NCBI GenBank assembly: GCA_951406725.2
Contig: OX597836.1
Location: 12,648,001 to 12,712,000, forward strand
From: Octopus vulgaris
Lineage: Eukaryota
Reading direction: 5' to 3'
Length of the DNA: 64,000 bases
Shown: one piece after another, positions 1-15,502 of the stretch
Layout: each line of letters begins with the position of its first letter
Position numbering within the stretch: the stretch's first letter is position 1
The notes under the pieces: generated by a model
What the model was told of the DNA's origin: nothing
The model's database searches: none
Seen by the model: only the letters and a program-made list of their open reading frames with translations
Program-made: the position numbers and the translations under genes

Positions 1-260
1 TGCCCTTCCTAATGCCAACCACTCCAAGAGTGTAGTGGGCGCTTTTACGTGACACCGGCACGAGAGCCAGTCTGGTGGTACTGGCTACAGCCACGCTCAA
101 ATGGTGTTTTTTACGTGTCACCTGCATAGGAGTCAGTCCAGCGGCACTGGCAACGACCTCGCTCGAATGTTTTGTTCACGTGCCAGTAAGGTGACACTGG
201 TAACAATCACGCTAAAATGGTGCTTTTTACATGCCACCAGCACGGAAGTCAGACAGTGGC
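1..260 (-). mobile_element. RTE-LINE 3' UTR (or RTE-tailed SINE) fragment
   Basis: Carries the TGCCCTTCCTAATGCCAACC and GTGCTTTTTACGTG sub-repeats that lie downstream of the RTE ORF remnant at 28256-29485. Confidence 0.75.
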
Positions 261-506
261 TCAGGCAGAGATCCCACTTCTACTATAGCCTCAAACCGAG
301 CAATGCCTTGCAAGTGGATTTGGTAGATGGAAACTGAAAGAAGCCTGTTGTGTGTGTGTGTGTGTGTGTTTTTGTGTATGTGTTTGTTTTCCACCACTGC
401 TTGACAAGTGGTGCTGGTGTGTTTATATTTCTGCAACTTAGCAGTTCAACCAAATATACTGATAGAATAAGTACCAGGCTTTACAAAGGAAAAAAAATAA
501 CAAATA

Positions 507-955
507 GGCGCAGGAGTGGCTGTGTGGTAAGTAGCTTGCTTACCAGCCATGTGGTTCCGGGTTCAGTCCCACTGCGTGGTACCTTGGGCAAGTGTCTTCT
601 ACTATAGCCTTGGCCCAACCAAAGCTTTGTGAGTGAATTTGGTAGACAGAAACTAAAAGAAGCCCGTCGTATATATGTATGTGTGTGTGTGTGTGTTTTT
701 GAGTCTGTGTTTGTTCCCCCAACATCGCTTGACAACCGATGGGTTGGACAGTTCGACCGAGGTCTGGGGAGCCAGGGACTGCACCAGGCTCCAGTCTGAT
801 CTGGCAGTGTTTCTACAGCTGGATGCCCTTCCTAACGCCAACCACTCCGCTAGCTTACAAAGAATAAATCCTGGGGTCGATTTGCTCGACTAAAGGCGGT
901 GCTCCAGCATGGCTGCAGTCAAATGACTGAAACAAGTAAAAGACTAAAATAGTAA
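507..955 (+). mobile_element. tRNA-derived CORE-like SINE (family 1), interrupted by an RTE-tail fragment at ~738-850
   Basis: Head GGCGCAGGAGTGGCTGTGTGG (A box) ... GGTTCAGTCCC (B box), CORE-like CCTTGGGCAAGTG, tail CAGTCAAATGACTGAAACAAGTAAAAGA. About 20 full or partial copies in the window. Confidence 0.85.
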
Positions 956-1145
956 ATACATAACGGGGTCAATAAGCTGAACTAAGATTCTTCAAGGCGG
1001 TGCCCCAGCATGGCCACAGTCTAATGACTGAAACAAGCAATGGATAAAAAAATTCAAGAAGTATACTGCTGTACAGTATAGTACTGAAACAAAACTCTTT
1101 TAATGTGCTAGTAATTTATTGAGCTCTCTGTTATTTTTCACACAG

Positions 1146-1192
1146 ATATTAGACAATTACCACAGCAGGGAATTTAAAAGCATACAGAAGAG
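1146..1192 (+). CDS. Candidate internal coding exon (ILDNYHSREFKSIQK-R)
   Basis: Acceptor TTATTTTTCACACAG|, consensus donor AG|GTAAGT, unique sequence. Only one of three frames is open; the exon ends in phase 2. Confidence 0.6.
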
Positions 1193-1299
1193 GTAAGTAA
1201 TGTCTTAATGACTTCTGAATGTTCCATTTATCAGCACTTTCACTTTTGCCATTAATGTAAAAGTATTTTGTTCTCATGCTTTTTCTTTCTTCGATCTAT

Positions 1300-1346
1300 G
1301 TATGTGAATATATATATATATATATATACACACACATACATACATG

Positions 1347-1379
<33 letters not shown>

Positions 1380-1401
1380 ATGTACACACCTACATACATA
1401 C

Positions 1402-1434
<33 letters not shown>

Positions 1435-2138
1435 CTCATATGTAAATATATATTTCATAAATATGAGAAAGGATTTTTACATGCATACACATAGATATAT
1501 GTAGGTATGCATATACGTTGGTGCATGTGTGCGTGTATATATTTGATAAGGATAAGAAAGAAATTATCACTGCCATGTATGTATTTATAGGTGTGTGTAT
1601 GTATGTACACACACATACAGATATATACACACATTATGAAGATGAGGATAAGAGATTTGTATTACACACACACATATATACATATATACCATGCTAGCAT
1701 GGAGAACGGACGTTAAACGATGATGATGATGATGATATATATATATTTATATATGAAACTATATAACTATATACATACATCATATATATATATGAAACTA
1801 TATAACTATATATAAATATACATCATATATATATATATATGAAACTATATAACTATATACATACTTCATATATATATATATATATATATAAACATGTATA
1901 TTTATGCATCAAAATGAGAATTAAAGATTTTTATATGTATAGATGCACACACACACACGTTAGATGCACACACACATACGTTATATTCACACATATAAAT
2001 ATATAAATATGAATTTACAATTCATATATATATAATATATACATATATATATGTGTGTGTGTAATATGTATATAATGTATATATATATTATACATGTATA
2101 TATGTATTATATATATACATTACATACATATTACATAT

Positions 2139-2179
<41 letters not shown>

Positions 2180-2260
2180 TATAATATTTATATATATATA
2201 TATATATATACACACACATATAATATTTTTATATATATATATATACATATATAAATTTAT
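1300..2260. repeat. Compound (TA)n/(CA)n/(TACA)n microsatellite field
   Basis: Directly visible; representative of dozens of such fields (e.g. 8500-9000, 13900-15020, 26400-27090, 41300-42300, 48140-48610, 52750-53240, 54980-55545, 58810-60310). Confidence 0.95.
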
Positions 2261-3030
2261 AGATGCAAGATGTTTATTATTTATTATATTATACGTTGCA
2301 CAGTTGCAAGCTATTTATTATTGTTAGTTTCCACATTAATGTCAAGAAAAAGGGAGGAAAAAAACAAACAAACAATAATCTCTGCACTGCATTGCCGATA
2401 TCAAGGTTGGAATTCTGAATCTGAAGAATTCCCAGGACTTCTTTTAACCTTTCTACATCCGTTTGAACTTTCGTAATAAAAGTTTTTGTGTAAGGAATGG
2501 AAAAAAAGAAGAGAAGTTATCTACATATTGACAGCATACCATTGGAAAGGAAGGAACATACAGTCATACAAAAAAGCACACAACCACACATCACACAAAT
2601 ACATTGATATACATATACAGACACATATATACACACACACACATATATATATGTGTGTGTGTATACAGAAATGCATTGTTAAGATACGGTTAGTGAAACA
2701 TAAGAAAAAACACAGAAAAACCGAAGCGATGTGATCTCAGAGTAAATCAGTAAACACTTCTCCATCTAAAGGGCACAGATATATTGAGTCAAAGAGTAAA
2801 TAAATCCGGTTTTACACAATTAAGATTTAACGGTCATTTCACTACATTTCATGGTTAACGCTAGGGTGATCATCAGACAATGGAGCAGTTTTGGGGGCCT
2901 AAAATTGCTCCTCCTGGAGGGAGAGGGGCCTGCTTTACCATTATTGATGTTGTTGCTGATGTTGTTGTATTTTTAAATTTCAGCTCAGTTCTGATTCAGC
3001 TGACCTGGCAATTGAGTTAGAGCGGTTTAA

Positions 3031-3234
3031 CCCTTTCGTTACCAACCCGGCTGAAACCGGCTCAGTCTTGTTTTCATAAATTTTTAATTAAAATCTTCCA
3101 CCAAACCTTAGACACAATTTATGTTCGTAACAGTAGCTGAGTGATAACCAAGTTATTTTACTAAATTCTTTGTTATATTTAAAGTAATTCAAAGAAACAC
3201 AGAGCATCTCAAAATAAATACGGTAACGAAAGGG
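3031..3234 (+). mobile_element. piggyBac-type MITE
   Basis: Perfect 13-bp TIRs CCCTTTCGTTACC / GGTAACGAAAGGG flanked by TTAA (3027-3030, 3235-3238). Sister copies at 32236-32456 and 32924-33144. Confidence 0.9.
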
Positions 3235-3261
3235 TTAACCTCATGAAAACCATCAAAAATA

Positions 3262-3765
3262 GGTGTAGGAGTGGCTGTGTGGTAAGTAGCTTGCTTACCA
3301 GCCACATAGTTCCAGGTTCAGTCCCACTGCGTGTCACCTTGGGCAAGTGTCTTCTTCTATAGCCTCAGGCCGACCAAAGCCTTGTGAGTGGATTTGGTAG
3401 ACAGAAACTGAAAGAAGCCCGTCGTATATCAGTGTATATCAGTCCCTCTTAATGTTTTATCTTTTATCTTCTGTCTTCTACTTGTTTCAATCATTAGACT
3501 GCGGCCATGCTGGGGCACTGCTTTGAAGAGTTTTTAGTTGAACAAATCTCCCCAGTACCTATCTCTGATTTTTTAAAGTCTAATACTTATTCTTATTTCT
3601 TTACTGCCCACAAGGGGCCACACAGTGAGGGGACAAACAAGGACAAGACCGATAGAATAAGTACTAGGCTTACAAAGAATAAGTCCTGGGGTCCATTTGC
3701 TCGACTAAAGGCGGTGCTCCAGCATGGCCGCAGTCAAATGACAAACAAGTAAAAGAGTAAAGAGT
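3262..3765. mobile_element. Jumbled SINE fragments (family 1 in both orientations, plus a family-2 tail at ~3590-3650)
   Basis: Family-1 head 3262-3430 (+), tail ~3460-3590 (-), tail ~3645-3765 (+). Confidence 0.75.
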
Positions 3766-4439
3766 ATACAGGTAGAGAAAGAGAGAGAGAGAGAGATGGG
3801 TGGGAGAAGAGAGAGAGAGAGAGAGTCATAACAATTTAATAATTGAACATGATTGTCATAAACACTCTCTCTCTCCTCAGACAGATAGAAAGAAAAAGGG
3901 AGAGAGAGATGGAAAGACAGGGAGAGAGCTGAGAGGAAAAGAAAGAGGGTGAGAGACAGAGAGATAGGGGGGAAATAGGAAAGGGAGGAGGAGGAGATAT
4001 GGGAAATGTAGGGGCAAAGATAAAGAGAGATGGGGTAGGAAAAGCGAGAGAGCGAGAGAGACAGACAAACAGACAGAAAAATAATAAAATGAGAGTAACA
4101 ATAAAACGTCTGATAAATCAACATTGAACCAGTGGCGCTAAATAGGCGGCACCAAAACCACTGCACCAAAATGTCTCCTTCACCACTCCACATTAGTGTT
4201 ACTAACCAATCAACATAACATTGGTGATGACAAAATATTTTCACCTTGTTCACATGATGTTCAGTAGTTTCTTACATCAATCGGTCAATCGATCGATCAA
4301 TGGTCCAATAAATCTTATATTCTTGTAAAGCATCGGGTCAGGGATTCAAAAATGTCCTGTAATTACCAAAGATAGAGAGAAGATAATTAGTTGTTTTTCT
4401 TGCCGCTTTGCAAAGTACTTGGTGACACGGCTTCTGCTA

Positions 4440-5746
4440 GCATCACATAAAAAGCACTGGGGTTCTATGTAAAAACAAATGCTGGTGATGGTGCCACAGA
4501 AAAGCACTGGTGATGGTGCCATGGAAAAAGCACTGGTGAAGGTGCCACGGAAAAAATCACTGGCGATGGTGCCACAAAAAAAAGCACTGGTGATGGTGCC
4601 ATGGAAGAAGCACTGGTGATGGTGCCACAGAAAAAGCATTGGTGATGGTGCCACTGAAAAAGCACTGGTGATGGTGCCATGGAAAAAGCACTGGTGATGG
4701 TGCCATGGAAAAAGAAGTGGTGATGGTGCCATGTAAAATGCACAGGTGCTGGTGCCGCATAAAAATTACTGGTGCTGGTGCCACATAGAAAGCACTTGTG
4801 ATGGTGCCACGGAAAAAGAACTGGTGATGGTGTCACGGAAAAAGAAGTGGTGATGGTGCCACGGAAAAAGAAGTGGTGATGGTGCCACTAGAAAAGCATT
4901 GGTGATGGTGCCATGTAAAATGCACTGATGATGGTGCCACTTAAAATGCACTGGTGATGGTGCCACAGAAAAAGCACTGGTGATGGTGCCATGTAAAATG
5001 CACTGGTGATGGTGCCACTTAAAATGCACTGGTGATGGTGCCACTCAAAATGCACTGATGATGGTGCCACGGAAAAAACACTGGTGATGGTGCCACTCAA
5101 AATGCACAGATGCTTGTGCCTCATAAAAATCACCGGTGCTGGTACCACATAGAAAGCACTGGTGATAGTTCCACATAGAAAGCATAGGTACTGGTGCCAT
5201 GTAAAAAGCACTGATGCTGGTGCCACTTAAAATGCACTGATGATGGTGCCACAGAAAAAGCACTGGTGATGGTGCCACTTAAAATGCACTGGTAATGGTG
5301 CCATGGAAAAAGCACTGGTGATGGTGACATGTAAAATGCACAAGTGCTGGTGCCTCATAAAAATCACCAGTGCTGGTGTCACATAGAAAGCACTGGTTCC
5401 ACATAGAAAGCATAGGTACTGGTGCCATGTAAAAAGCACTGATGATGGTGTCACTTAAAATGGACAGGTGACAGTGCCAAGTAAAAAGCATCCATGCTAG
5501 TTCCACATAAGAAGCAGAATTGATGGTGCCATGGAAAAAGCACTGATGCTGGTGCCACATAAAAAGCAGCTGGTACATGCAATGAAGTGGCTGGCATTAG
5601 GAAGGGCATCCAGCTGTAGAAAACCAGGCCAAAGCAGACAGCGCCTAGCCTTGTTCAGATCCTGTCAAACTGTCCAAGCCATGCCAGCATGGAAAACTGA
5701 CATTAAATGTTGACGACGACGACGATGATGATGATGATGATGATGA
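4440..5746 (+). repeat. ~26-bp minisatellite (CACTGGTGATGGTGCCAYNGAAAAAG, ~40 units) expanded inside an RTE 3' end
   Basis: Tandem units run from ~4440 to ~5575 straight into GGCATTAGGAAGGGCATCCAGCTGTAG ... CATGCCAGCATGGAAAACTGACATTAAATG and a (GAC/GAT)n tail. Confidence 0.85.
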
Positions 5747-5872
5747 TAGTTTACACAACATGACGACATCACATTGAGCAACCAACTGATGCAGCAACTC
5801 AAGAAGCTGAGGGAGTGAAGAAATTGGACGAGATGACTGCTGACTGTCCAAAATTCGATTACTGGAGATATA

Positions 5873-6286
5873 GGCGCAAGAGTGGCTGTGTGGTAAGTAG
5901 CTTCCTAACCAACCACATGGTTCCGGGTTCAGTCCCACTGCGTGGCATCTTGGGCAAGTGTCTTCTACTATAGCCTCGGGCCGACCAAAGCCTTGTGAGT
6001 CGATTTGGTAGACGGAAACTGAAAGAAGCCTGTCGTATATATATATATATATATATGTATGTGCGTGTATGTATGTGTGTCTGTGTTTCTCCCCTAGCAT
6101 TGCTTGACAACCGATGATGCTGGTGTGTTTACGTCCCCGTCACTTAGCGGTTCGGCAAAAAGAGACCGATAAATTAAGTACTGGGCTTACAAAAGAATAA
6201 GTCCCGGGGTCGATGTGCTCGACTAAAGGCGGTGCTCCAGCATGGCCGCAGTCAAATGACTGAAACAAGTAAAAGAGTAAAAGAGT
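5873..6286 (+). mobile_element. Full-length family-1 SINE
   Basis: A/B boxes, CORE-like block, internal TA/TG tract, AAAAGAGT-repeat tail. Confidence 0.9.
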
Positions 6287-6384
6287 ATACGTAATCTCTC
6301 TGAACTTGTATTTATTCTTCAAGACCATTAAAACATCCAGCTGCGCTGTAACCAGCAAACAGGCGCTTGATACAACTCTCTTTT

Positions 6385-6812
6385 CTCTCTTTTCTCTCTT
6401 TTACTCTCTTTTACTTGTTTCAGTCATTTGACTGCGGCCATGCTGGAGCACCGCCTTTAGTCGAGCACTCGACCCCGGGACTTATTCTTTTTGTAAGCCC
6501 AGTACTTATTCTATCGGTCTCTTTTTGCCGAACCGCTAAGTGACGGGGACGTAAACACACCAGCATCAGTTGTCAAGCAATGCTAGGGGAACAAACACAG
6601 ACACACAAACAAACACACACACATACACATATATATATATACATATATACGACAGGCTTCTTTCAGTTTCCGTCTACCAAATCCACTCACAAGGCATTGG
6701 TCGGCCCGGGGCTATAGCAGAAGACACTTGCCCAAGGTGCCACGCAGTGGGACTGAACCCGGATCCATGTGGTTGGTTAGCAAGCTACTTACCACACAGC
6801 CACTCCTGCGCC
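6385..6812 (-). mobile_element. Full-length family-1 SINE, inverted relative to 5873-6286
   Basis: Reverse complement of the same sequence; ends in CACTCCTGCGCC. Confidence 0.9.
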
Positions 6813-7774
6813 TATTATATTCTGTTGTCACTCTGAATAAGTTATTCGGAATAATAGATTTTCTTTCAAAAGTAAATACGATACACGCCATGCAATGATG
6901 GTATGAAGTGAATGTAAGAAAATGTGAGAATTTGTCGTTGATGCTTTATGTAATGATGCATATTGCAAAAGTTGCAAAAGTCGCCAAAGTCAGAACCGAC
7001 GCTGTCTGAAGTCTGTCTACTTTTGAGAGCCATCGCCAAAAGTGAAACAAATGCTGCCTATTAATGAAGAAAGCTATCAGAGAATTCTTGGAAAAATACT
7101 GACAAAATAAGCAAATAAATAAATAAATGGATGAATAACTAAAAAATGGTTTCTTCCTACAAGAGTTTTCTCCTTGTAATGAAGTTGTTATAATTTCCAT
7201 TAATGAGTGATCGCGTCTAGACACCTTTGATGTTCAACAGATTGGAAAATTATTGTCGTGACGCAAGTGTTGTGCAAGTACGGACATGTGCGTTTCAGAA
7301 CTTTGCTTTGTAATCATTTCGTAAGAGGTTCAATCTCACAGAACATCACTTTAGGCAAATATCTGCTTTGATGTGTGGAAGCACTTTTTGTTTCTGTGTG
7401 TGTGTCTGTGTGTGTGTGTGTGTGTGTGTGGAGGATATTATTCTGTTGAGTTGAAAAGTGATCAATAATGTAATGCTACGCACCCTTCATCAATTTTTAC
7501 CTCTTCGTCTTTTGTTTCCTCCTTTATTTGTTTCAGTCATTAGACTGTGGCCATGCTGGGGCACCACTTTGAAGAATTCTTAGTCAAATGAATCAGCCAC
7601 AGTACTAATGTTTTTGTCAAGCCTGGTACTTATTCTATCAGTCTCTATTGCTGAACTGCTAAGTGACAGTAACGTAAATACACCAGCACTGGTTGTCAAG
7701 CAGTGATGGGGGACATACATACATACACGCAAACAAACATACATACATACATACATTAAATACATACATACATA

Positions 7775-7962
7775 CATGCCGGTGGTACGTAAAAATCACC
7801 CACTACACTCACGGAGTGGTTGGCGTTAGGAAAGGCATCCAACTGTAGAAACACTGCCAGATCAGACTTGAGCCTGGTGCAGCCTCCTGGCTTCCCAGAC
7901 CCCGGTCGAACCGTCCAACCCAGGCTAGCATGGAAAATGGACATTAAACGATGATGATGATA
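7775..7962 (+). mobile_element. RTE-type 3' end
   Basis: GGAGTGGTTGGCGTTAGGAAAGGCATCC ... GGACATTAAACGATGATGAT. Confidence 0.8.
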
Positions 7963-8794
7963 CATACATACATAGAAAGCTACAGAACCAATCCATCACT
8001 GGAACTGTAAAAATCTGTAAAACTTTCCAGAAGTTTATCATTTTAATATATATGAACATGTCTAGATATGCAACTATATGCCGCAGTCAAATGACTGAAA
8101 CAAGTAAAAGAATAAGAACACCACCCGGTCTAGAAATTGAAACTGCAATCTCACAACTGTGAGAGCAACAGCCTAACCACCAGGCCATACATCCTCAGTA
8201 AGTCATAGGTGTGTTATGATCTTATCATGATTGTTGTCAGTGACTTAAATGTCCTTGTTAAACGTCCTTGCTCATAAGTGTCTCTATTCAGAGCTATTCT
8301 GGGGTTCAGCGACAGTAACAACAGCAACACATGGTTCCTGGTGGAAATCAAGCTGTTAATCATGAGATGAATGTGTGGGGGGGACGTGGGGGGGACTGTG
8401 AGGGGGGGGACGTTGTGGTGGAACCAGCAGCTGAAGATTAAAAGTCATGCAAAGATACAGACAGGAATGACACAAGTAATTAAACCAATGGGGTTTATAC
8501 GTGTGTATATATATATATATATACACACACATATATATATATATAGATATATATGTATATATATGTACACAAACACATGTATATATACACACATGCATAT
8601 ACATACACACACACACACACATATATATGCATACACACACACACATATATACACATACATATATACATACATATATATATATGTATATACATACATACAT
8701 ACATACATGTAGCTATCTAGCTATCAATACATCTATACATATATATACATATATATATGCACATCTGTATATGCATACGCACATACACACACAT

Positions 8795-8845
<51 letters not shown>

Positions 8846-8971
8846 TATATAAACACATATATATATGCATAGGTGTGTGCATGTGTGTGTGTAAGTCATC
8901 TCAGAGTCTTTCAGATTATATATATATATATGTAGACATATATATACATATGTATATATACATATGTGTAT

Positions 8972-9003
<32 letters not shown>

Positions 9004-9377
9004 TCATGGTGTTTAGGCTAAATTTGACAGCTTGCATACAAGGAAATGCAAACATAATAATCTCACAAAGGAATGATTTATTTTCACCCTTCAACATCCA
9101 GATATCCTTGAAAATGTAAAACTTATTTATTCACATTGTTTTGAATACACGCACACACACACACACAAACACATATTCATGGTGTTTAGGCTAAATTTGA
9201 CAGCTTGCATACAAGGAAAAGCAAACATAATAATCTCACAAAGGAATGATTTATTTTCACCCTTCAACATCCAGATATCCTTGAAAATGTAAAACTTATT
9301 TATTCACATTGTTTTGAATTAATCCCATTACGACATTACATTCTTATAGCTTCGAGATTTCGATGGTGTGATTATTT

Positions 9378-9840
9378 CATCATCCTCATCATCATCATCG
9401 TTTAATGTCTGCATTCCATGCTAGCATGGGTTGGACGATTTGACTGAGGACTGGTGAACCAGACGGCTGCACCAGGCTCCAATCTTGATCTGGCAGAGTT
9501 TCTACAACTGGATGCCCTTCCTAACGCCAACCAATCCGAGAGTGTAGTGGGTACTTTTTACATGCCACCAGCACGGGGGCCAGTCAGGCGGTACTGGCAA
9601 TGACCTCGCTCGAATCTTTTTACACATGCCACCGGCACAGGTGCCAGTAAGGCGATGCTGGTAACGATCACGCTCGAATGGCGTCTTTCATGTGCCACGG
9701 GCATGGAGGCCAGTTGGCCACTCTGGCAACGACCACGCTCGGATGATGCTCTTAATACCCTACTAGCACAGGGCTCGAGTGCCAGTAAGGCGACGCTGGT
9801 AACGATCACGCTTGAATGGTGCCTTTTTAAGTGCTACTGG
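9378..9840 (-). mobile_element. RTE-type 3' UTR copy
   Basis: Starts (CAT)nCGTTTAATGTC and carries the internal GTGCCAC sub-repeats. Confidence 0.8.
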
Positions 9841-10078
9841 CATAGAATAACATTCTAGAATAACATTTCCCTCATTGTTTGCATATTGAACTCATTTGTT
9901 TTCGTATTTCATGTTGTTTACTGTTGGTGAAATGAGGGAAGTGTGAGAGGTTAGATCCATCCAGTGTGGAGATAAAACAGGTAGAATATTTGGGCTGGAA
10001 ATGGCTGGCTTAAATGTTGAAAAGTGTTTTAAAAAATCAAAAAAATATCAACTAGATTATGACTGGGGGAATAACAGC

Positions 10079-10190
10079 TTACTCAAAGTAATTGCCCTCA
10101 ACTTCTTCAGGATGGCTCCAGAACCTGGGGCATGCATTTCTTATTGTGCCCTTGGAATAGTCTCGTGTAACTTCATGTATTCTCATCCAA
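10079..10190 (-). pseudogene. Degenerate Tc1/mariner transposase C-terminus
   Basis: Minus frame reads ...KGTIRNACPRFWSHPEEVEGNYFE*, resembling the xIxNACxxFxxRLExVxxxxGxYFE end of Tc1/mariner transposases. Confidence 0.45.
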
Positions 10191-10895
10191 AATGGAGACA
10201 AATATCAATGTTCCCATGTGGCAGGATTGATAACTGTTAAGAGATTCTACTTTACATGAAACCATTGGTAGCCTTGTTACCTTACATATATCTGATCTGG
10301 CAGTGTTTTTACAGCTGGATGACCTTTCTAATGCCAACCAGTCAGTGAGTGAAGTGGGTGCTTTTTCGTGCCACCGGCACAAGGATTCAGAGGAGCTGGC
10401 ATCAACCACGATGCGGCAGGCTTGATAACTGTTAAGAGATTCCGCTTTACATGAAACCATTGGTAGCCTTGTTACCATATATATATGTATCTATATACAA
10501 ACATAAATACATGCATATATATATATATCCTCATCATCATCATCATCGTATAACGTCCGTTTTCCATGCTGGCATGGGTTGGATGGTTCGACTGGAGGTT
10601 AGACCAGGCCCCAATCTGATCTGGCAGTGCTTCTACAGCTGGATGCCCATCCTAACACCAACAACTCCGAATGTGTAGTGGGTACTTTTTATGTACCACC
10701 GGCACAAGGGACCAGAGGAGCTGGATCAACCACAATCAAATGGTGCTTTTTACGTGTCACCGGCACAGAAGCCAGTCTAGGTGGCACTGGCATCGGCCAT
10801 GTTTGGATGGTGCTTTCTATATGCTGCCGGCACAGGACTCATACACATAGATATATATATATATATACGGACACATATATATACTTATATACATA

Positions 10896-11315
10896 GGCAC
10901 AGGAGCAGCTGTGTGGTAAGTAGCTTACTTACCAACCACATGGTTCCGGGTTCAGTCCCACAGCATGGCACCTTGGGCAAGTGTCTTCTACTATAGCCTC
11001 GGGCCGGCCAAAGCCTTGTGAGTGGATTTGGTAGACAGAAACTTAAAGAAGCCCATCGTATATATGTATATGTATATATATATGTATATGTATATGTGTG
11101 TGTGTGTATATGTTTGTGTCTGTGTTTGTCCCCTCCAACATCGCTTGACAACTGATGCTGGTGTGTTTACGCCCCTGAAACTTAGCGGTTCGGCAAAAGA
11201 GACTGATAGAATAAGTACTAGGCTTATAAGGAATAAGTTCTGGAGTCGATGTGCTCGACTAAAGGCAATGCTCCAGCATGGCCGCAGTCAAATGACTGAA
11301 ACAAGTAAAAGAGTA
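10896..11315 (+). mobile_element. Full-length family-1 SINE
   Basis: Same head, CORE-like block and tail as 5873-6286. Confidence 0.9.
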
Positions 11316-11324
11316 TACATACAA

Positions 11325-11363
<39 letters not shown>

Positions 11364-11456
11364 TATACATATACATATATACACACACGTGTGTGTATAT
11401 GTCACAGGAAATAGAGATGTGCAATGAGTTTTGATACTTCATCAATGTTCAGGTAA

Positions 11457-13305
<1,849 letters not shown>

Positions 13306-13904
13306 TGCACACACAGACAAACCCACTAAACACACCTGTCCATCCACTACAGCAGCAAACCGTGGCAAACACACTTATTATCGCTAAGGTCCTTTCGGTT
13401 AGAAATTTCATTAGGAAAAACGACTCGGAATATGGCAAGATTCCACGGAAAAATATCGCAATCATTATGACACACTATTGCCAGCAGCCTTTAGCGCTTC
13501 GTGCTTTGGATTGATTTGATAAATACTCTCTCTCTCTCTTATCGATTTTCCTCTTCGAATACATATCTTGTTGACGATGACTTTGCGTAAACATGCTGAG
13601 AAATTTTTCCATGTAGCATAAAAGATACCAGGTCATCTCATATGTAATCTAATACCTAGTTGTTTGCTGTTGTTGTTGTTTTTTTGTTGTGTTTTTTTTG
13701 AGTTTTTTTTTTCCCCTCCTTTCCGTTTTATTTGTGAAATTTTGGGGTCGTTTTTTTTTTTTCATTATTTTTCTGATTTTTGTTGTTGTTGTTGTTGTTG
13801 TTGGTTGCTTTTTTTTGTTTTTGCTTCGTATAAAAATGTACGTATTGCACACATTTAAAGTTCATATTTAATATAATGTGCGTGACAATGTGTAAATGTG
13901 GAAG

Positions 13905-13949
<45 letters not shown>

Positions 13950-14001
13950 GGAGTTATATATATGTGGGAGTTACATATATGTGGGAGTTACATATATATA
14001 T

Positions 14002-14049
<48 letters not shown>

Positions 14050-14221
14050 GTTATTAACATTGCCATATATATGTATATGCGTATTGTATATATGTATATG
14101 CATTTTTTGGTATGTATTATATATATGTATGTATAAGTATGTATGTGTATTATAAATGTAATCATCATCATATATGAATTATATACATACATAAGTACAT
14201 AGATGCGTGTGTCTGTGTGTC

Positions 14222-14261
<40 letters not shown>

Positions 14262-14318
14262 TATGTATGTATGTGTGCACATCACACTTTTGCATGACAT
14301 GAGTTACTCATATATTTA

Positions 14319-14402
<84 letters not shown>

Positions 14403-14683
14403 CATATACTGAGAGAGATAGGGAGAAAGAGAGAGAGAGTGAGAGACTGGCAGGCAGATAGAGGGAACAGATAGATAGGTTGAGAGATCAATTATAAATT
14501 TATGTATATAATTTTTTTCCCTCTCAAGAATACTAAATCAATCTATTTCTTCCTCTCCTGCAATTTCTCTCTCCCTCTCTCTCTCACACACACACACACA
14601 CACATATGTATGTTTACTATATATGTATATATATGTGGGGCGGGGGTGTAGTTGTAAATATGTTTGTGGATGCACATCTATAC

Positions 14684-14721
<38 letters not shown>

Positions 14722-14914
14722 CTCTGTCTGTCTATCTATCTCTCTACTTGTCTGTCTGTCTAGTTATCTATCTGTCTGTCTCTCTCTCTCAACATATAAA
14801 TATATATATATATATAAGTAGTTAAATGAATTATCCTAGTATGGACAATTCGGTTAACCGATACCCGGGTAGCAAATTCTTTCATTTATTTATATCTATA
14901 TATATGTATGTATG

Positions 14915-14956
<42 letters not shown>

Positions 14957-15464
14957 CATACATACATATATGTATGTATGTATGTATGTGTGTGTGTGTG
15001 TATATATATGTATATATATATAATGTTAATGTTTGCTTTTATTGTCAAGTTATACATAAAAAAATTGACACTAAACAGTACATATTTATTAAACTCCTGC
15101 AACTAGACAGGTGACTGTGACTTCGAAGTAACTTCAGTCAGTCAGCCTCCTTCAGACTGTATATGTGAGCAAGTGCACGTCAGTACAGACGAGAAGTTCA
15201 CAACGACACCCAACGCCAAGAAGTGATAATCATTTATGGTTTACAGATGGCACATAGTACACATAGATTTGAGATATATATTAGCAACCGAGGCAGTACC
15301 AATACTAAGAGGTAATATGTATTCCCACTGTTAGAACAAACTATACTGTGGCAAATACCACGAGAGAAACCCTCATATGGGCATTTGGTGCAAAATGCAC
15401 TCTTGTTTATATCGCAAGCAAGGAGATAAATCCCCACCACCACCACTAGCGCCTAGACCACCAG

Positions 15465-15502
15465 ATCACATGATTTCGGCCTTCCTTAGTCTCATCAGTG
15501 AT
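15465..15502 (-). ncRNA. Degenerate minimal hammerhead motif
   Basis: Minus strand: AUCA-CUGAUGA-GACU-aaggaa-GGCC-GAAAUCAUG-UGAU. Helix I intact; helix II mismatched; no NUH site. Confidence 0.45.

Noticed and set aside
2840-2880. Hammerhead-like CUGAUGA...GAAAUGUA on the minus strand
   Set aside because: Helices I and II do not pair convincingly.
4440-5575. CRISPR-like regular array
   Set aside because: Units abut without unique spacers, there are no cas genes, the context is eukaryotic, and it derives from a LINE UTR module.
15107-15226. Possible + terminal exon (TGDCDFEVTSVSQPP...AKK*)
   Set aside because: Weak pyrimidine tract, phase incompatible with exon 1146-1192, and no recognisable homology.
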